From the NCBI GenBank assembly GCA_028534125.1, contig CM052816.1, positions 25,484,001 to 25,548,000 on the forward strand: DNA of 64,000 nucleotides, in the 5' to 3' direction. The notes beneath the pieces were generated by a model, which worked only from the letters and a program-made list of their open reading frames with translations, was not told where the DNA came from and did no database searches. Origin of the DNA: Lama glama. Its lineage: Eukaryota. The position numbers and the translations under genes were made by a program. Position 1 is the stretch's first letter. Each line of letters starts with the position of its first letter. Shown here one piece after another: positions 1 through 13,259 of this stretch.

Positions 1-50
1 GTAAATTGACATTTCCCATTTCTCAACTGAGAGTATCATTAAATCAAAAG

Positions 51-904
51 TTTTTTTTAATTGAAGTATAGTCAGTTTACAATGTTGTGTCAGTTTCTGG
101 TGAACATCATAATGTTTCAGTCATACATATGCATACATATATTCATTTTCATAGTTTTTCATTATAGGTTACCACAAGATAGTGACTATAGTCACTATAG
201 TGCTATACAGTATAAACTTATTGTTTATCTAATTTATATATAGTACTTAGTATCTGAAAATCTCAAACTCTCACTTTATCCCTTCCCACCCTCTTTCCCT
301 CCTGGTAACTGTAAGTTTGTGTTCTACATCTGGGAATCTCTTTCTGTTTTGTAAATAAGTTCATTTATGTCTTTTTTTTTTTTAGATTCCACATATGAGT
401 GACATAATATGGTATTTTTCTTTCTTTTTGTGGCTTACGTCACTTAGAATGATGATCTCCAGGTCCATCCATGTTGCTGCAAATGGCATTGTTTCATTCT
501 TTTTATGGCTGAGTAGTATTCCATTGTATAAATATACCACAGCTTCTTTATATAGTCATCTGTCGATGGACATTTAGGTTGTTTCCATGTCTTGGCTATT
601 GTAAATAGTGCTGCTATGAACACTGGAATGCATGTATCTTTTTGAATTAGAGTTCCTTCCAGATATATGCCCAGGAGTGGGATTGCTGGATCATATGATA
701 AGTCTATTTTTACTTTTTTGAGGAATCTCCATACTGTTCTCCACAATGCGCCAAGCTACATTCTCAACAATAGTATAGGAGGGTTCCCTTTTCTCCACAC
801 CCTTTCCAGCATTTATCGTTTGTGGACTTTTGAATGATGGCCATTCTGACTGGTGTGAGGTGATACCTCATGGTAGTTTTGATTTGCATTTCTCTGATAA
901 TTAG
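51..904 (-). mobile_element. 5'-truncated LINE-1 (end of ORF2 + 3'UTR + short polyA), relatively young
   Basis: Minus-strand ORF 444-746 reads WRTVWRFLKKVKIDLSYDPAIPLLGIY...WYIYTMEYYSAIK, the typical L1 ORF2 C-terminus. T-run at 51-58. TSD CATTAAATCA(A/G)AAG at 37-50 and 905-918. Confidence 0.95.
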
Positions 905-2779
905 CATTAAATCAGAAGCTTTAAAACAATATATTAAAACCATGTCCTTCTACCATGGTAACTTTTCTCTTTTGTTATTTTATGTTGGAATTTTAGACCT
1001 CTAATATTATTTTTATGGAGAAAATTCTTAAATTGGAACTGTTGTCACTTAAAGATAGATGTATTTTTTGTTGTTGTTCTCATATGATCCATTTAAACTC
1101 ACCATCAGAGTGAACTATGGACTCATTTTGGGAAGAAAATATATCCCATAGACCATAATTCCCCAAGATCTTTATTTATTTGATTTCTGCTCCCTGGGAT
1201 CACGGCCTCATGACATGCAATTCTCAGTTCTGTGAGCCTCCCAGGAAATAGCATTCATGAAAATCATTTCACAGCAGACTTCAATGCCAACCCAACAATA
1301 AAATATTCCAGCTCATTCTCACACTGAAGGCAGCCATGGACAGCCACTGCTCTTTTCTTTTTACATTGAAAAGACATCTTTTGGTAAAGACATCAAAGAT
1401 ATCTGCAGAACAGACTACAAAGCAACCTCTTTTTAATAGAGATGTCCTTGGATGTCAAACTCCAATATAATCTAATTGGAACTTGAATAATTCCAGCTAC
1501 TAGAGATTTAGATTCTAGCAACACATAAATCCCTGCAATTCCTTTTTTTTTTCAAATGGAGAAGTAATTTTGAATATAAAACTGGAGGGAATTCACACCC
1601 ATTAACTGTAATCTTCAAAGCACCTGGTTCTTCACTTCTCTCAAAGCCAACCATGAAATCATCCCTCTTGTTGTCCTAGCAGGAGGGAAAATCCTCCACT
1701 TTAGTTGTTCTCTGTTGAGTCCCTTTCCACCCTTGATTCTCTGTACCTTAAAACCCTTTAATTCCTTCCTCTACCAGAATCCCACCTTATTCCCCTTAGC
1801 TCTGAGTGTGATGTGTTTAGTCATCCTTCAGGCTACATCAAGTTCCACTTTCTTTGGCACATGGAGGGAAAACTTTTGATTCAAGGAGGAGCCACTACAA
1901 GATACTCAGAATTTTGCAGATAGATTTCTTCCTAGCATATCTCCTGTGCTTTACAATGTGAATTACAAACAAATAAGCAAGCAAAAACAAAACCAAAAAT
2001 GGGTCCCTTTCTCTGACTTCATAATGTTTAATAAGTTTATTTTGCTGTATTTGGGTGGGAGGCAAGGGGCTGGCTATTTAAGAACATGTTTATCAGATTG
2101 TTCAGGCATATAATCTAAATTTACTACATACTTTCCAATAAATTGCTCAACTTATTCATTCTGTCTTTATCACTGCTGTAGTAGTCACAAATAGAAAATT
2201 ATTAAACGTTTTGCTGTGTTTAAAGGAACTGATAGGAAAGCTAATCTGACGAAGTAAGGTAAATGAGGCTTTATCAAATATACAACTTTGAGCTACACTA
2301 CGCAGCTACAGCACAGTGAAAAGATACATTTAGTTTCTTCTCCTTTACACTGTTTTATAAATTAGGACATAGAACAAAGCCTTCCTAGGCAGTGGTTTCC
2401 TTATCTGCAAAATGGCCATATTTGAGAATTAGTTTCCACGTTGCTTATAGATATAGAATTCCGATTTGAAACTCAAAAAATAATTTGTCATTATGATTTC
2501 TCTTAATACTTCCTCCTTAACTCTAAGGCTAATTGGTTTTTCTTTTCTTTCTGATTGTTCCCAAATGACCCAAATCTTAGACTACTAATAAATCAAATTT
2601 AAACTCAGTTGCAGACGTTTGCTGTCATCCATACGTGCCTAGAATCTGGTGATTGATTTTTACGATCTTTAATCTTTCTGAACATTTTTGCAAAAGACTG
2701 AGTAAGTTAGATGTACATCCAGTCAATCATTTAAGAACATTTATTGACTCTTGATATCTTTTATTTCTGTTTCTTTTCC

Positions 2780-3105
2780 CTATAACATTTAAAAGGAAGT
2801 TGCAGTTACCATGATAATTCACTGCAAAATATTTCAGCAGACATCATCTAAAAATAGCACCTTCTAGTATAACCACAACACCATGAACACACCTTAAAGA
2901 AGTAACAATAATTCAAATGTATATATATATACCATATTTATATTTCTAATATATATACCATATATATATATTAGAATATACCATATTTATATTTTTCCTG
3001 TTATTCCCAAAGTGACTTTTATAGCTGATTTCTTTCTCATTCTGGGATCCCATAAAGATTAACAAATTCCATCTGGCTGTTATGTTTCTTTATTTTCTTT
3101 AAATC
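2780..3105 (-). mobile_element. Old L1M (L1MC-like) 3' end fragment
   Basis: Motifs such as aaaatatttcagc...ctaaaaata...tataaccacaacacc and atctggctgttatgtttctt resemble antisense L1MC 3'UTR; diverged, boundaries approximate. Confidence 0.55.
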
Positions 3106-3110
3106 TAAAA

Positions 3111-3331
3111 CAGTCATCATCAAATTATGACCCATGGGACACTCCTGCATGCTTTGTCCTTATATCTCAACCTAAGAATGATTTTCACATTTTTAAAGAG
3201 TTGTAAAACCAAACAACAAACAAACAAACAAACAAAAAAGAAGAATACCAAATAGAGAGCTTATGTGACCCACAAAATATGAAGCATTTGCTATCTCCCT
3301 TTTGCATAAAATGGTTGATGATTCCTTCCTG
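3111..3331. mobile_element. MER58-family (MER58C-like) hAT-Charlie non-autonomous DNA transposon
   Basis: CAG...CCTG termini, perfect 8-bp TSD ATCTAAAA at 3103-3110 and 3332-3339, internal ctaagaatgattttcacatttttaaag and tatgtgacccacaaaa motifs, length 221 bp. Confidence 0.85.
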
Positions 3332-3499
3332 ATCTAAAACTGCTGATTCTACAAAGGATAGACAGTTTTTTACATGAAAGTTACCTAAATGTATTATTTT
3401 TTATGTATGATTATACAACTTGATATGTAGTTAAGCCAATTTCTAGCTTATTATAACCAATTAAAGGATTTGAATTTTTTCATCCCTTTTCATCAAATT

Positions 3500-4860
3500 T
3501 AATTTTTGAATATTTAAAACATTTATATGATTCAAAAAACAAACTGTATGAAAAGTGTGTTCTCAGAGAAATTTCCATTGGTATCACTGCATCCTAATGC
3601 ATTTTTAGATAAACATTTCCATTTGTTTCTGATTTATTTTTCTATATTTCTTTTTGTAAAAATCTAAGGCCATCACACTGTATACCCTTTTGCATCTTGC
3701 TTTTTAAGCTTATCTATGTCCTATAAATCGATTAATATCATAAGGAAATTTTTTCGTTTTGTTTGTTGGTTTAATGACTACATAGTATTATGTTGTATAG
3801 ATACAACATAGATTATTCACCAGTCTCCTGTGCATATGTTATTTCATGTTCCTATAGCTGTGTGTTTTAGATTTGGGCCATTCAAGTAAGTGTGTAATGG
3901 TATTGCATTGCTATTTTAATATGTAATTCCCTAATGACATATAGTGAATATCTTTTGATACACTTATTGATAGTTATATATCTTCTTTGGTAAGATGTCT
4001 GTTCAGGTATTTTGCATATTTTTAAATATGATTGGTTATTTTCTTATTGTTGAGTTTTAAGTGGTTTAGTCTTGTGTTTTACATTTAGGTCTCTAATCCA
4101 TTTTGAGTTAATTTTTGCCAACACAATAAGACCTGTGTCTAGATTTATTTCTTTATTTCTCTCTCTCTTCTCTCCTTCTCTTTCTCTCTCTCTCTTTTTT
4201 TTTTACATATGAATATCTAGTTGTTCCAACCCTATTTGTTGAAATGTTGAAAAGATTATCTTTGTTCCATTATACTGCCATTGCTCCTCAGTCAAAGATC
4301 AGTTGACTCTATTTGTGTGTGTCTATTTCAGGACTCTTTATTCTGCTCCATTGACCTATTTGTCTGCTGTCTTCCCAGTTCCACCCTGTCTTGAATGCTG
4401 TAGCTTTATACACATAGTGTAGGTTCTCTGACTTTGTCCTTCTCCTTCAATATTGAGTTGGTTATTCTCGGTCTTTTGCTACTCCATGTAAACTTTAGAA
4501 CCAAATTGTCAATACCCACAAAATAACTAGCTGAGATTTTGTCTAAGGTTGCATTGACTCTGTAGATCAATGTTGGGAAGAACTGATACCTTTACAAATC
4601 AAGTCTTCCTGTCCATGAACATGAACTGTCTCTCCATTTATTTAGTTCTTCCTTGATATCTTTCATCAGAGTTTGGTACTTTTTCTCCTATCAATCTTGT
4701 ACATATTTTGTTAAATTCACACCAAAGTACTTTATTTTGTGGGGTGCTAATGTAAATGGTATTGTTCTTAATTTCAAATTTTGCTTCTCCAATGCTGGCA
4801 TATAGGAAAACAGTTGCCTTTTGTATATTAACCTTGAATCTTGAAACCTTGCTATAAGTA
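3500..4860 (-). mobile_element. Old LINE-1 fragments (3'UTR plus ORF2 region)
   Basis: Minus-strand translations YSKVSRFKVNIQKATVFLYAS and IPFTLAPHKIKYFGVNLTKYVQD match L1 ORF2 motifs in two different frames (frameshifted); antisense L1 motifs continue from ~3850 to 4860. Confidence 0.85.
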
Positions 4861-7789
4861 ATATAGTAAAACCCACTTGCCACCCTGCAGAGTTCACCAT
4901 ATGGTGGAGGATAAAGGCATGTTCTCCCCCAAATGACGGTACGCTGTGCTAAGGCTGTAGAGGTAATCTGATCAATACGTTTGCAGAACACAGTGGACGG
5001 AGTGCAGAGTCCTGAGAGAAGAAGGAAGGAGCTGTTTTCAGAGAAGAAAAGACATTGGGAATATAAGCAGGAGGCTTTTTGCCCATCAGAGAACAAAGAG
5101 AGATGAAATCAAGGCAAATTTTGCAGCAGAGGCAGAGGCAAGAAGGCATGGGATTGCTTAGCACATTCTACACAGCACTCAAAGTTCAGTATGGTCAGGA
5201 CCCAGGCTTCCCAGGTAGGGAAATCAAGGGTCAAAAACAAAGCATTTAGTCTGATTGTGAATACTCATGATTCTCATGGTAAGGAGTTTGGACTTGATTC
5301 TGAAATAATGGGGAGGCAGTAAAGATTTATTCTTGTGGACACTTTGAGGGTATTCACGCAAAGTGTCTCTTTGAGATATTGGTTCTGATTCACATATGAG
5401 GCTAGGAAACTAATCCAGAACTTGGGAGTCCAAATGTTGCAAAGACTACACTTAAGGTGACTTTTAGAAGCAAAACTCCGTAGGAAAATCTCATGATATC
5501 TGTAACACTCTGCAGGACAATAAAGAAAGCTCACTCTCCCCTACTCCCAGCTGGTCTTGCTCTAGTCCTTCCTGCAGTCCTCTGGTCTCAAGTGCTCTTT
5601 TCCAGAATGTCTCTCCTAATGAACCTGATCCAACTGAATATCCCTTGATTATCCAGCTTGCAGTCATTTACTGACTCTTTGTTTCCTCTTTGTTCCTTTG
5701 TCATTTTCATGTGTTTATGTCCTATCTCCCAACTGGACCATAAGTGTTTCTGAAGTTTACCTCAACTGTTCCTGTTCACGCAGTAAGCTTTTAATAAATT
5801 ATCTTCATTGTCTGTTTGATGGGCTGACTCTCTTATAAGACACACGTAAGAAATAGACAAGTCTAGGGATTCCAGAGAAGTGTGTTGTAATAAAGGAAGC
5901 CCCATTAGCTAACATCTGGAAAAATTGAGCCTACTAGCTAAGAAATATTATAGCAACAGAGGGAAGACTAGAAAAAGAAAACAAAGTGTTGGAGAGGAGC
6001 CAAGAAACAAAGGGAAGAGAAGAATTAATAAAGGCTCTCTCTCTGAGAGACTGATCACACAGTGGCCATAGGGCTAAGAATCGAATTATTTGCTTTTGGG
6101 AATGTTGGACCACAATTTTCTAAACAAGCACCTTGGAAGACAATTACCAAGTAATTGTCCTTGATTTTTAAAATACTGTGAAAATGCGTAATACGCCTTA
6201 TAAACGTTACCAGAATATTTTTAATCAAATGGCATTTTGCCAAGCCATAAACTCCTTTCAGCCCCATGACTTACATCATCACAGCCTGGATTCAGGGAAG
6301 CCCTACCAAGATTTTGGTGACAGATTTCCATCACTTCAAAACAGAGGACCACCTTGGAAATGAAGTGAATACCAATTCATTCCAAGGAAATCATGAAAGC
6401 CAAGGCATGATGAGCTTGGTCCACATCCTGGACTCTGGTTGCCTCATGAGCATACACAGCCTGGCATTCATCTGCCTGGGAGGAAAAGGAAGGTTACAGA
6501 AAGTCTTTTGAAATGTCTACTGATAGGAGAAAATTGTCTCAAGTCCAAACAGTCCTGAGATTTTTTTTTTTAACATCACTACTTACCTGCTATTATATAC
6601 TGAAGAAATTTGATGACAGTGTTTGTTTAAAGCATAACAGAATATTTATAACCCAGAATAAATGATACAAACAGAAAAATGGAAGATGGACACAGATGGA
6701 AAAATAAGGGCTGCCTTACCCTAATATGTTGCCCGTCTTGCTCAGAGAAGTTGGACTAACTAGAAGTTGTTGCTTCGGCAAGATGAGAAATGTTAAGGAA
6801 GACCTCTCCTGAAACTCTCCTCCTTCTCAGTAATGAGTTATCTTCCATGAGGGAGCTTTGCTTTCTCTTAGGCATTTGTCTTGGAGAGGAGGTTTGAATA
6901 AAATCAATAATTTAATTTCCATGTATAGCAAGAGAAATAATAGGAAGCAGAAGATAAATGAGGAAGGACTTTCATAGTAAGGAAGGAGGGACTGGGAGAA
7001 TTAAAGTCATATACTTAGCTGTTTGGTCTCAGCGAATGCCTGGGACAGAAAAAGACAGAAAAGAAAATAAATTCAGAGAAAGATTCAAGAGCTTAGAGCC
7101 AGACCATAAGAGAGCTTGGCACCAAAGTTCTTCATAGGGAGAGGTTTTTTGATGTTGTTGTTGTTGTTGTTTTTAATGAAGAATTATGGACAAATAAATC
7201 CTATTTAGGTAGATCTTTCATCAACACTTACTCTCTTTTACAGTATCCTGCTTATTTCTTTCAAGGTAGTTATTACAAGTAGCAAGTAAATTATCCATTC
7301 TCTAGTTTACTTCTCTATTTCCTGTTTCTCACATAAAAGTATCACTGAGAAGTAAGACCCTTTCTTTTGCACCATCTCTAGTATTCATCAAACAGTATTA
7401 TTGAATGATTGAATAAATGAATATTAAAGTACTACATAGAGGCTAAAAAGAATGAACTGGAAAAATGTTGCTGTTGAGTGTGGGTGGCATTTAGGAGGAC
7501 CTGAGAGCTTACATTATACTTTCATTATAGTTGTATTAGACCTAAGATTGCAAGAGCCTAAGGAGAGTCCTTAAACTGGTTCTCAAAGCTGGCTTTGGAT
7601 CACACATACCATGGAATCTTTTGAAATATGTGCTGAGCCCACGCCAGCTCAGTACCAAATTCCAGGGAAGCATCATTCACTAGTTCGCCATATTGGATCC
7701 CCACCCATGCTACTAAATCAGACTCTCTAAGATTGAAGCCTGTGTTGTGCATCTGTGTTAAAAATGAGTATTTACCATTTGAGAACCCT

Positions 7790-8332
7790 CTCCTTCTTGA
7801 GGAAACATTTCTTCAAAGCCATGGTTCTAGTGGGGTCGGGGAGAGGGGTGACTGAGAGGGTGTGGTGGGAGCAGAACATAATCTGGAATGAGCCAATTGC
7901 AGGGCTTCTCCCTCTACTGCCTTTTCACCCTCCATCCCCCACCTGAAGAGATAGTGGCTGCTGTAAGCATGGTCACACGACTGAAGCCAGAAACATCAGA
8001 GTCCTTTCTCAGAATTTTTCAAATTCTTCCTGAAGAAAAAGCATGCTTTCCTCTTTTATTACACAGCTGCAGTGGCCCCACTGCTTGGAGAATAATGAGT
8101 GAGTTCAGAACATGAAGTCAGTGCTCAGAAAGAAGCAGAAATAGGAGCAGATTTCCAGGGTCCTCAGCATCCCTGGCTTAGGTTCCTATTTCCCCTCCAA
8201 AGTCTTGGTTATTGGCCTTTTTGCTTTGAGTCTCTGTGCTACTCCAGTATTCCTCCCCCAAATCCTGTGTTCTGCTTAAATTAGTTCGAAATGAATTTTT
8301 GTCACTTTGTACTCAAGAGAAGCTTAATACAA
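7790..8332 (+). mobile_element. MaLR MLT1-type solo LTR (old)
   Basis: 3' end gcttaaattagttcgaaatgaatttttgtcactttgtactcaagagaagcttaataca resembles the MLT1 terminus; internal ccaattgcagggcttctcc and gtcctttctcagaattttt. A MER5-like relic lies just upstream (~7575-7760). Confidence 0.6.
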
Positions 8333-9051
8333 ATGGTTACGCTACCTTTAAATTTCAAAGTAAAACTAGGGAGGGTCTTGGGTAATTATTTTCCCCAGCC
8401 TTGAACAGGCAGCTTAGAGAATTTAATTGTCACCTCAGAGGCTGCACTAAGAATAGAGAGTTTCTACCCTACATCAGCTTTCTCTATTTGCTTTTGTTCT
8501 AACTCAGAAAGAACAGAGAACCAAAATCCCATAAAGAGTAAGAGGAGTGAGAAGATTAACGGCCAAACACACTTGCTTCCCACATTTTGATATTTATTCA
8601 TTTAGATAACCGGCTCAATTTCACAGCAGAATTATACTCTTCTGACCATAACCCTTCACCCCCTGTGCTCCAGCGTTTCATTCTGAGGAAATAATTCATG
8701 ATTGTAGGCCAGAACACAAAGCGGTGAATTTGTGATTACACGAGAAGAGATTTTTTCAAGTGAAAATACATTCCAATTTAGCCGTTGTCCTTTTCCTTCT
8801 CTCTTTTTAATTTTTCTCCCCACTTCTAGGCCTTTGCTGTTTTCCCTTTTATGTATGTAGAGTGGAGTATTTCATAGAGTCAGTATACTGGGGGTTTGGG
8901 GGGATCGTGAACAAAACTTGCTATTTTAAAATACAGTGAATAAGGAATAAATATCTAACACTGGAGAACCTTTTAGCTGACTTCTTATCGTCTAAATACA
9001 ATAGTAGTGACCTCTGTAGATAGGACTTAAACTTTGAGCAGAGTTATTAGA

Positions 9052-9688
9052 TGTGGCAAGCAGCCATCCCACCCCTTGCCCTCTCATCCAGTTTCATTGC
9101 TCCTTGCTTACAGAACTGCCTGAATGTGGGCTCCAACTGTGCAGGGAGATGCACAGGCCCACCGTAATCTTGCTCAGCCAATGCCAGTCATGATGAATTC
9201 TTACCTTTTTTATTTCAGTTGGTCTAAGGATGACTGTGTGACCCAGTCCTAGGCTAGATAAGACCTAGAGGAAGACTGTCTAGGGCTTCCAAGAAAGAGT
9301 CCCCTGTTGAAAGATGGCAGCCAACAGATAGTGGCTAACAGTTTCTTTCATTCCTTGTTCTAGAGCTAACCACTCTAAAATTGTTTGATAATGTCACTTA
9401 GTGTAATTAATTGTAACATTATTTTAAATAAATTAAATAAATTGATTTATTGATGCAAAAATTGCTCATGTCCCTTCCCCTTCCTACTTAGTCATTGTAG
9501 TGTGAGGGTCTGTACCTGGAGCTATGACTGTCCAACAAACAACACAGATACCCAGGGATGGAAGAACAAAAGGATGAAAAGAGCCTGGGTCCTCTAGAGT
9601 TCATGTTAAGTGAACAACTGTCTTTCTAGTGGTCCATGTCACATTAATGTAGGAAGTTATCTGTGGCTGAAAGCATCTTAGCTGATAC
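9052..9688 (+). mobile_element. MaLR MLT1-type solo LTR with an AT-rich internal insert (~9330-9465)
   Basis: Starts tgtggcaagcagcc, contains gtgacccagtcctaggctagataagac and gagcctgggtcc, ends gctgaaagcatcttagctgataca. Confidence 0.65.
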
Positions 9689-12579
9689 ATGATGAAGAAG
9701 AATTGAAAGCATACTTAAATTCATCAAATTTCATTGTGGTAGCAAGGGGATAGGGAATGAATAACAAATACTTTAAACATGGAAAAGCTAAGTTTTTTCA
9801 ATAGAACATCTAACTCTCTGTAGAGAAATTCTGTTATACTTAAGACTGTACAACTATAGGACAGTAACACTTGGAGGTAGAACACAGTGAGAATTGAACT
9901 TTACACATGCTAGAATACACTTGGTCTGGTTTTACTTTATGCTCCATTTCTCTCATGTACGACTTTAGCATTTACAGATTTGATTAAAAACAGATTAATG
10001 GAACAGAATGTGTAATGGTCCTCAGCTGAGCATCAGGAAATTAAAACAGATTTGAGAACTCTTCTGCGACACTCAGGATTTAAATACATTGAATATGTCA
10101 GCAATTTTGTACTCTCACAGCAAGAGATAAAAGAAGCAAAGATAAAGGGATGCACAAAAGAGAAAAGTCTTTGGGGATATTAAGGCAATTAAGAGCAATA
10201 TGGAAGTAATCAAAACTTGGTCGACAGACTAAATAAGACCTTATGAAATAAAAATATGGGCCAACATTTGCAAAATGTTGCATGCCTTCAGATTGCATAT
10301 GTCTACAAAAGAAATCAAGGATTAGATTCAATGAGCAGATATGAAACATTAGCAATGGATGAAACAAAAGGATTTCCTAGGGTTCAACATAGACAGGCAT
10401 GCTGCAATTTAAACCCTTATCCAAACACCAGCCGAGTTCTGAGGGTTGAAGCAGTGTTTCTCCATCTTTCATCATGAGAGAGAACGATACGTGAATAGAA
10501 AACATGCAAAAGGCAAACACACAGCATGCTTGTTTTAGTTATTGTGAGCAATGCTCTTTCACATCATCCTGAGATATTCAGGAAGTAGGCTTAAGCTTTT
10601 ATTTATTTTATTAAGATTATTTTTTCCTGAGATAATAAGTGTTAAAAGGTACACATAATAAATGTACCGAATATCCTAGCATGAAACATACAGAACTGCC
10701 TGAATGTGGGCTCCAACTGTGGATTAATAAAACCAAGACACTCACATCAGGGAATACGGTGCTTCTCCAGAGACTTCCCTGGGAGAAAAATAAGAACCGC
10801 AGACATAGATAAACACGGGGTTTAAACTATCAGTCAATGCAGATCTCATGAAGATGAGAATGCAGCCAGCAGATGTGACCCAAACCGCAGCAGACAGAGG
10901 GAAATCATAACGAGGCAGACGAAAAGCTATGTCTCTGTCTGGATTATATGTGATGGGTTGGAAACTGACATATTACAATCCCGATTTCAATGCAGCAGCT
11001 GTCATCTTGCTGATCCACTTGTGTATTTCTCTCAGCTCATCCAGCTTCCTTTTGTGGTTCTTTAAATGTGGCAGTATCCTGAAAAGATTATTTTAATCAT
11101 ATCAAAGACATTTGAACTTTAAATAATAATGCCGCAAAAGAGAGGCATAGCTGGTGCTTCTGCTGTTAATTTGTTTCATTGCTTCTTACATCAGATGCTT
11201 TCCTATATCCATGCATACCTTCTGTGTTTGCAGCTTTGATTGTTAAGGGACATCTAAATGCCTTATACACTACCCTCCCACATATTAAAAAATCCCTTTT
11301 TTCTTTGGTTAGAAATTTTGAGGCCAGATGCAGACTGTGATTTCCAGCAAAGACAAGTTCCTGCTAGCTTACTTAAAGAGGTGTTTCCTTACAGTCCCCA
11401 AAACAATTGTGAAAATCCCACATGGAGCCTGGTAACTGTGCCTGATGTTTTTTCCACAGCAAGCACAGCCACCAGATAGAGGATCTGCTAATTAGCCTCT
11501 TTTAGAATCTACCTGTAAGTTGCCAGACAAAACATCCGGAACTTTCAGGGTCATGTGAATAAAGCACCTTTCCCATTAGTGTTCACAAATAGAAGGGGAA
11601 AGTCTCCAAGGAAAGCAATGTTTCAAGCCCAAGGAACATTCCGCAATCACAGAGCAATGTTCCAAGAGAAAATTAGCCACAAAGACCTTTTTTGGCCTTC
11701 AAAGATTTCAAAACACTCTGGGCATAAAATTGGAAAGCATCTGATGAAGTAACAACCCAGCTGCAAAATGAGAGAGATAGAGATGTCATCCTTTTTCTTA
11801 TTTCCTGAGACTGTGAATGCAATAGACAAGAATGCTGTGAAAGGCAAAAATACCCAAGGTGTAATCGTTGATGGAAACTCTTGTCTTTGCACTGCATAGT
11901 CACAAAAGGAAGGGTTAAGTGTGTGACAAAAGGAACCCAGGCTCAAGGGACCGCTTCTTTCGAAACCTTGGTATTCACTGGCCACCATCCAGGACAGGTC
12001 ACTTGAGAGCTTCATCTGTAAAACAAGACCTTGGACTAACAGACCTTTGAAGTCCTATCCTCTCTCAAGCACACAGATACCCGATATCTACCTCTGAAAA
12101 AGAGGCAAATAGATACTGAGAACAGAAAAGAACCTTGTCCCATAACATTCTCCCTTTGGTTAAGGGCTTCTCATCTTTGCTTTCCTACATGTAAACCTTG
12201 AAAACTCAGGATGTACATTTCAAGGGTGAAACTTAGGAATAGGAAGCTCTTCTATTAGGGAAGGCACCTGAACAAAGTAAACAGGTAAGAAAATGGGAAC
12301 TGTGGACTCGTGCGAAAGACTAGAATCCATGGTAGGTAAAGTGCCTTTAGAGAAATGGGAATTTTTACTGTAAGATTCTTAGGAACAGTTAATACTCTCT
12401 TCAAAAACAGAAGAATCGTCCTCTTCTGGCCCACACAACCCAAACTCCAGGGAATTAGCTGCTGTGGGCCATAGTATCCTGGCCAACAGGGGTCAGAAAG
12501 TAACTGGATTCTTGGGAAACCTGACAATCAGTTTTCCTAAAAGGGGTGAATACAGTGCAGACTAGCAGACTAAAAAAAT

Positions 12580-12737
12580 TTAATATTTAGCAAATACTTA
12601 CATAATAATTACTAGGTGCTAGGTGCTAATATATACATTTGGTATATGTTAACTAGTTTACTCCTCTCAACAATTCCATAAAGCAGTGCTATTATTATCG
12701 CCTCACACGTGGATACTGCCCAAGGTCACACAGCTCG
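12580..12737 (-). mobile_element. MIR SINE fragment
   Basis: atttagcaaatacttac...ggtgcta...ctcctctcaacaattccataaagcagtgctattattatc...gcccaaggtcacacagct MIR core; truncated at the MLT1 that follows. Confidence 0.7.
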
Positions 12738-13259
12738 CAGTGGTTACCTAATGTTGCATGACAAATCCCCTAAAACTCACTGGCTAAAAACAACAATAAT
12801 CATTTATTTATGTATTTTTTCACAGTTTCTGTGCAAGAACAGTGGATTGGGTGATTGTCAGTCAGGGTGTTTCATAATGTCATATATCACCTGGAGCTGT
12901 GGTCCTCTGAAAATGTGACTGGGACTGGGGGATCCACTTTCAAGGCGACTTATCTCATGACTTGCAAGTTGGTGCTGGCTTGTAGAAATGTCAGTTTCTT
13001 CCCACGTGGGCCTCTTCACAGGATGTGTGAGTGTTCCCATGTCATCCCACTGGCTTCTACCACAGGAAATGATTCAGGAAGTCAAGGCAGAATTTGCAAT
13101 GTCCCCATCTAGCCTCAAATGTCGCATGCTATTACTTTTGTCATATTCCACTGGTCATACAAAGCAGCCCCCCTTCATTTTGGAAGGAGGCTGCATAAGG
13201 GCATGAATACCAGCAGGTGAGGATCAGTGGGTGCCACCTTGGAGGCTGCCTACTGCACA
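12738..13259 (-). mobile_element. MaLR MLT1F/G-like solo LTR
   Basis: Reverse complement begins tgtgcagtaggcagcctccaaggtggcacccactgatcctcacctgctggtattcatgccc; the plus strand shows the aaaactcactggctaaaaacaac...tttatt terminus. Confidence 0.8.

Noticed and set aside
444..746. 100-aa ORF as a host gene
   Set aside because: It is the frameshifted C-terminus of L1 ORF2 in a 5'-truncated copy.
4638..5096. 152-aa ORF
   Set aside because: Chimera of non-coding flank and decayed L1 ORF2 with a frameshift.
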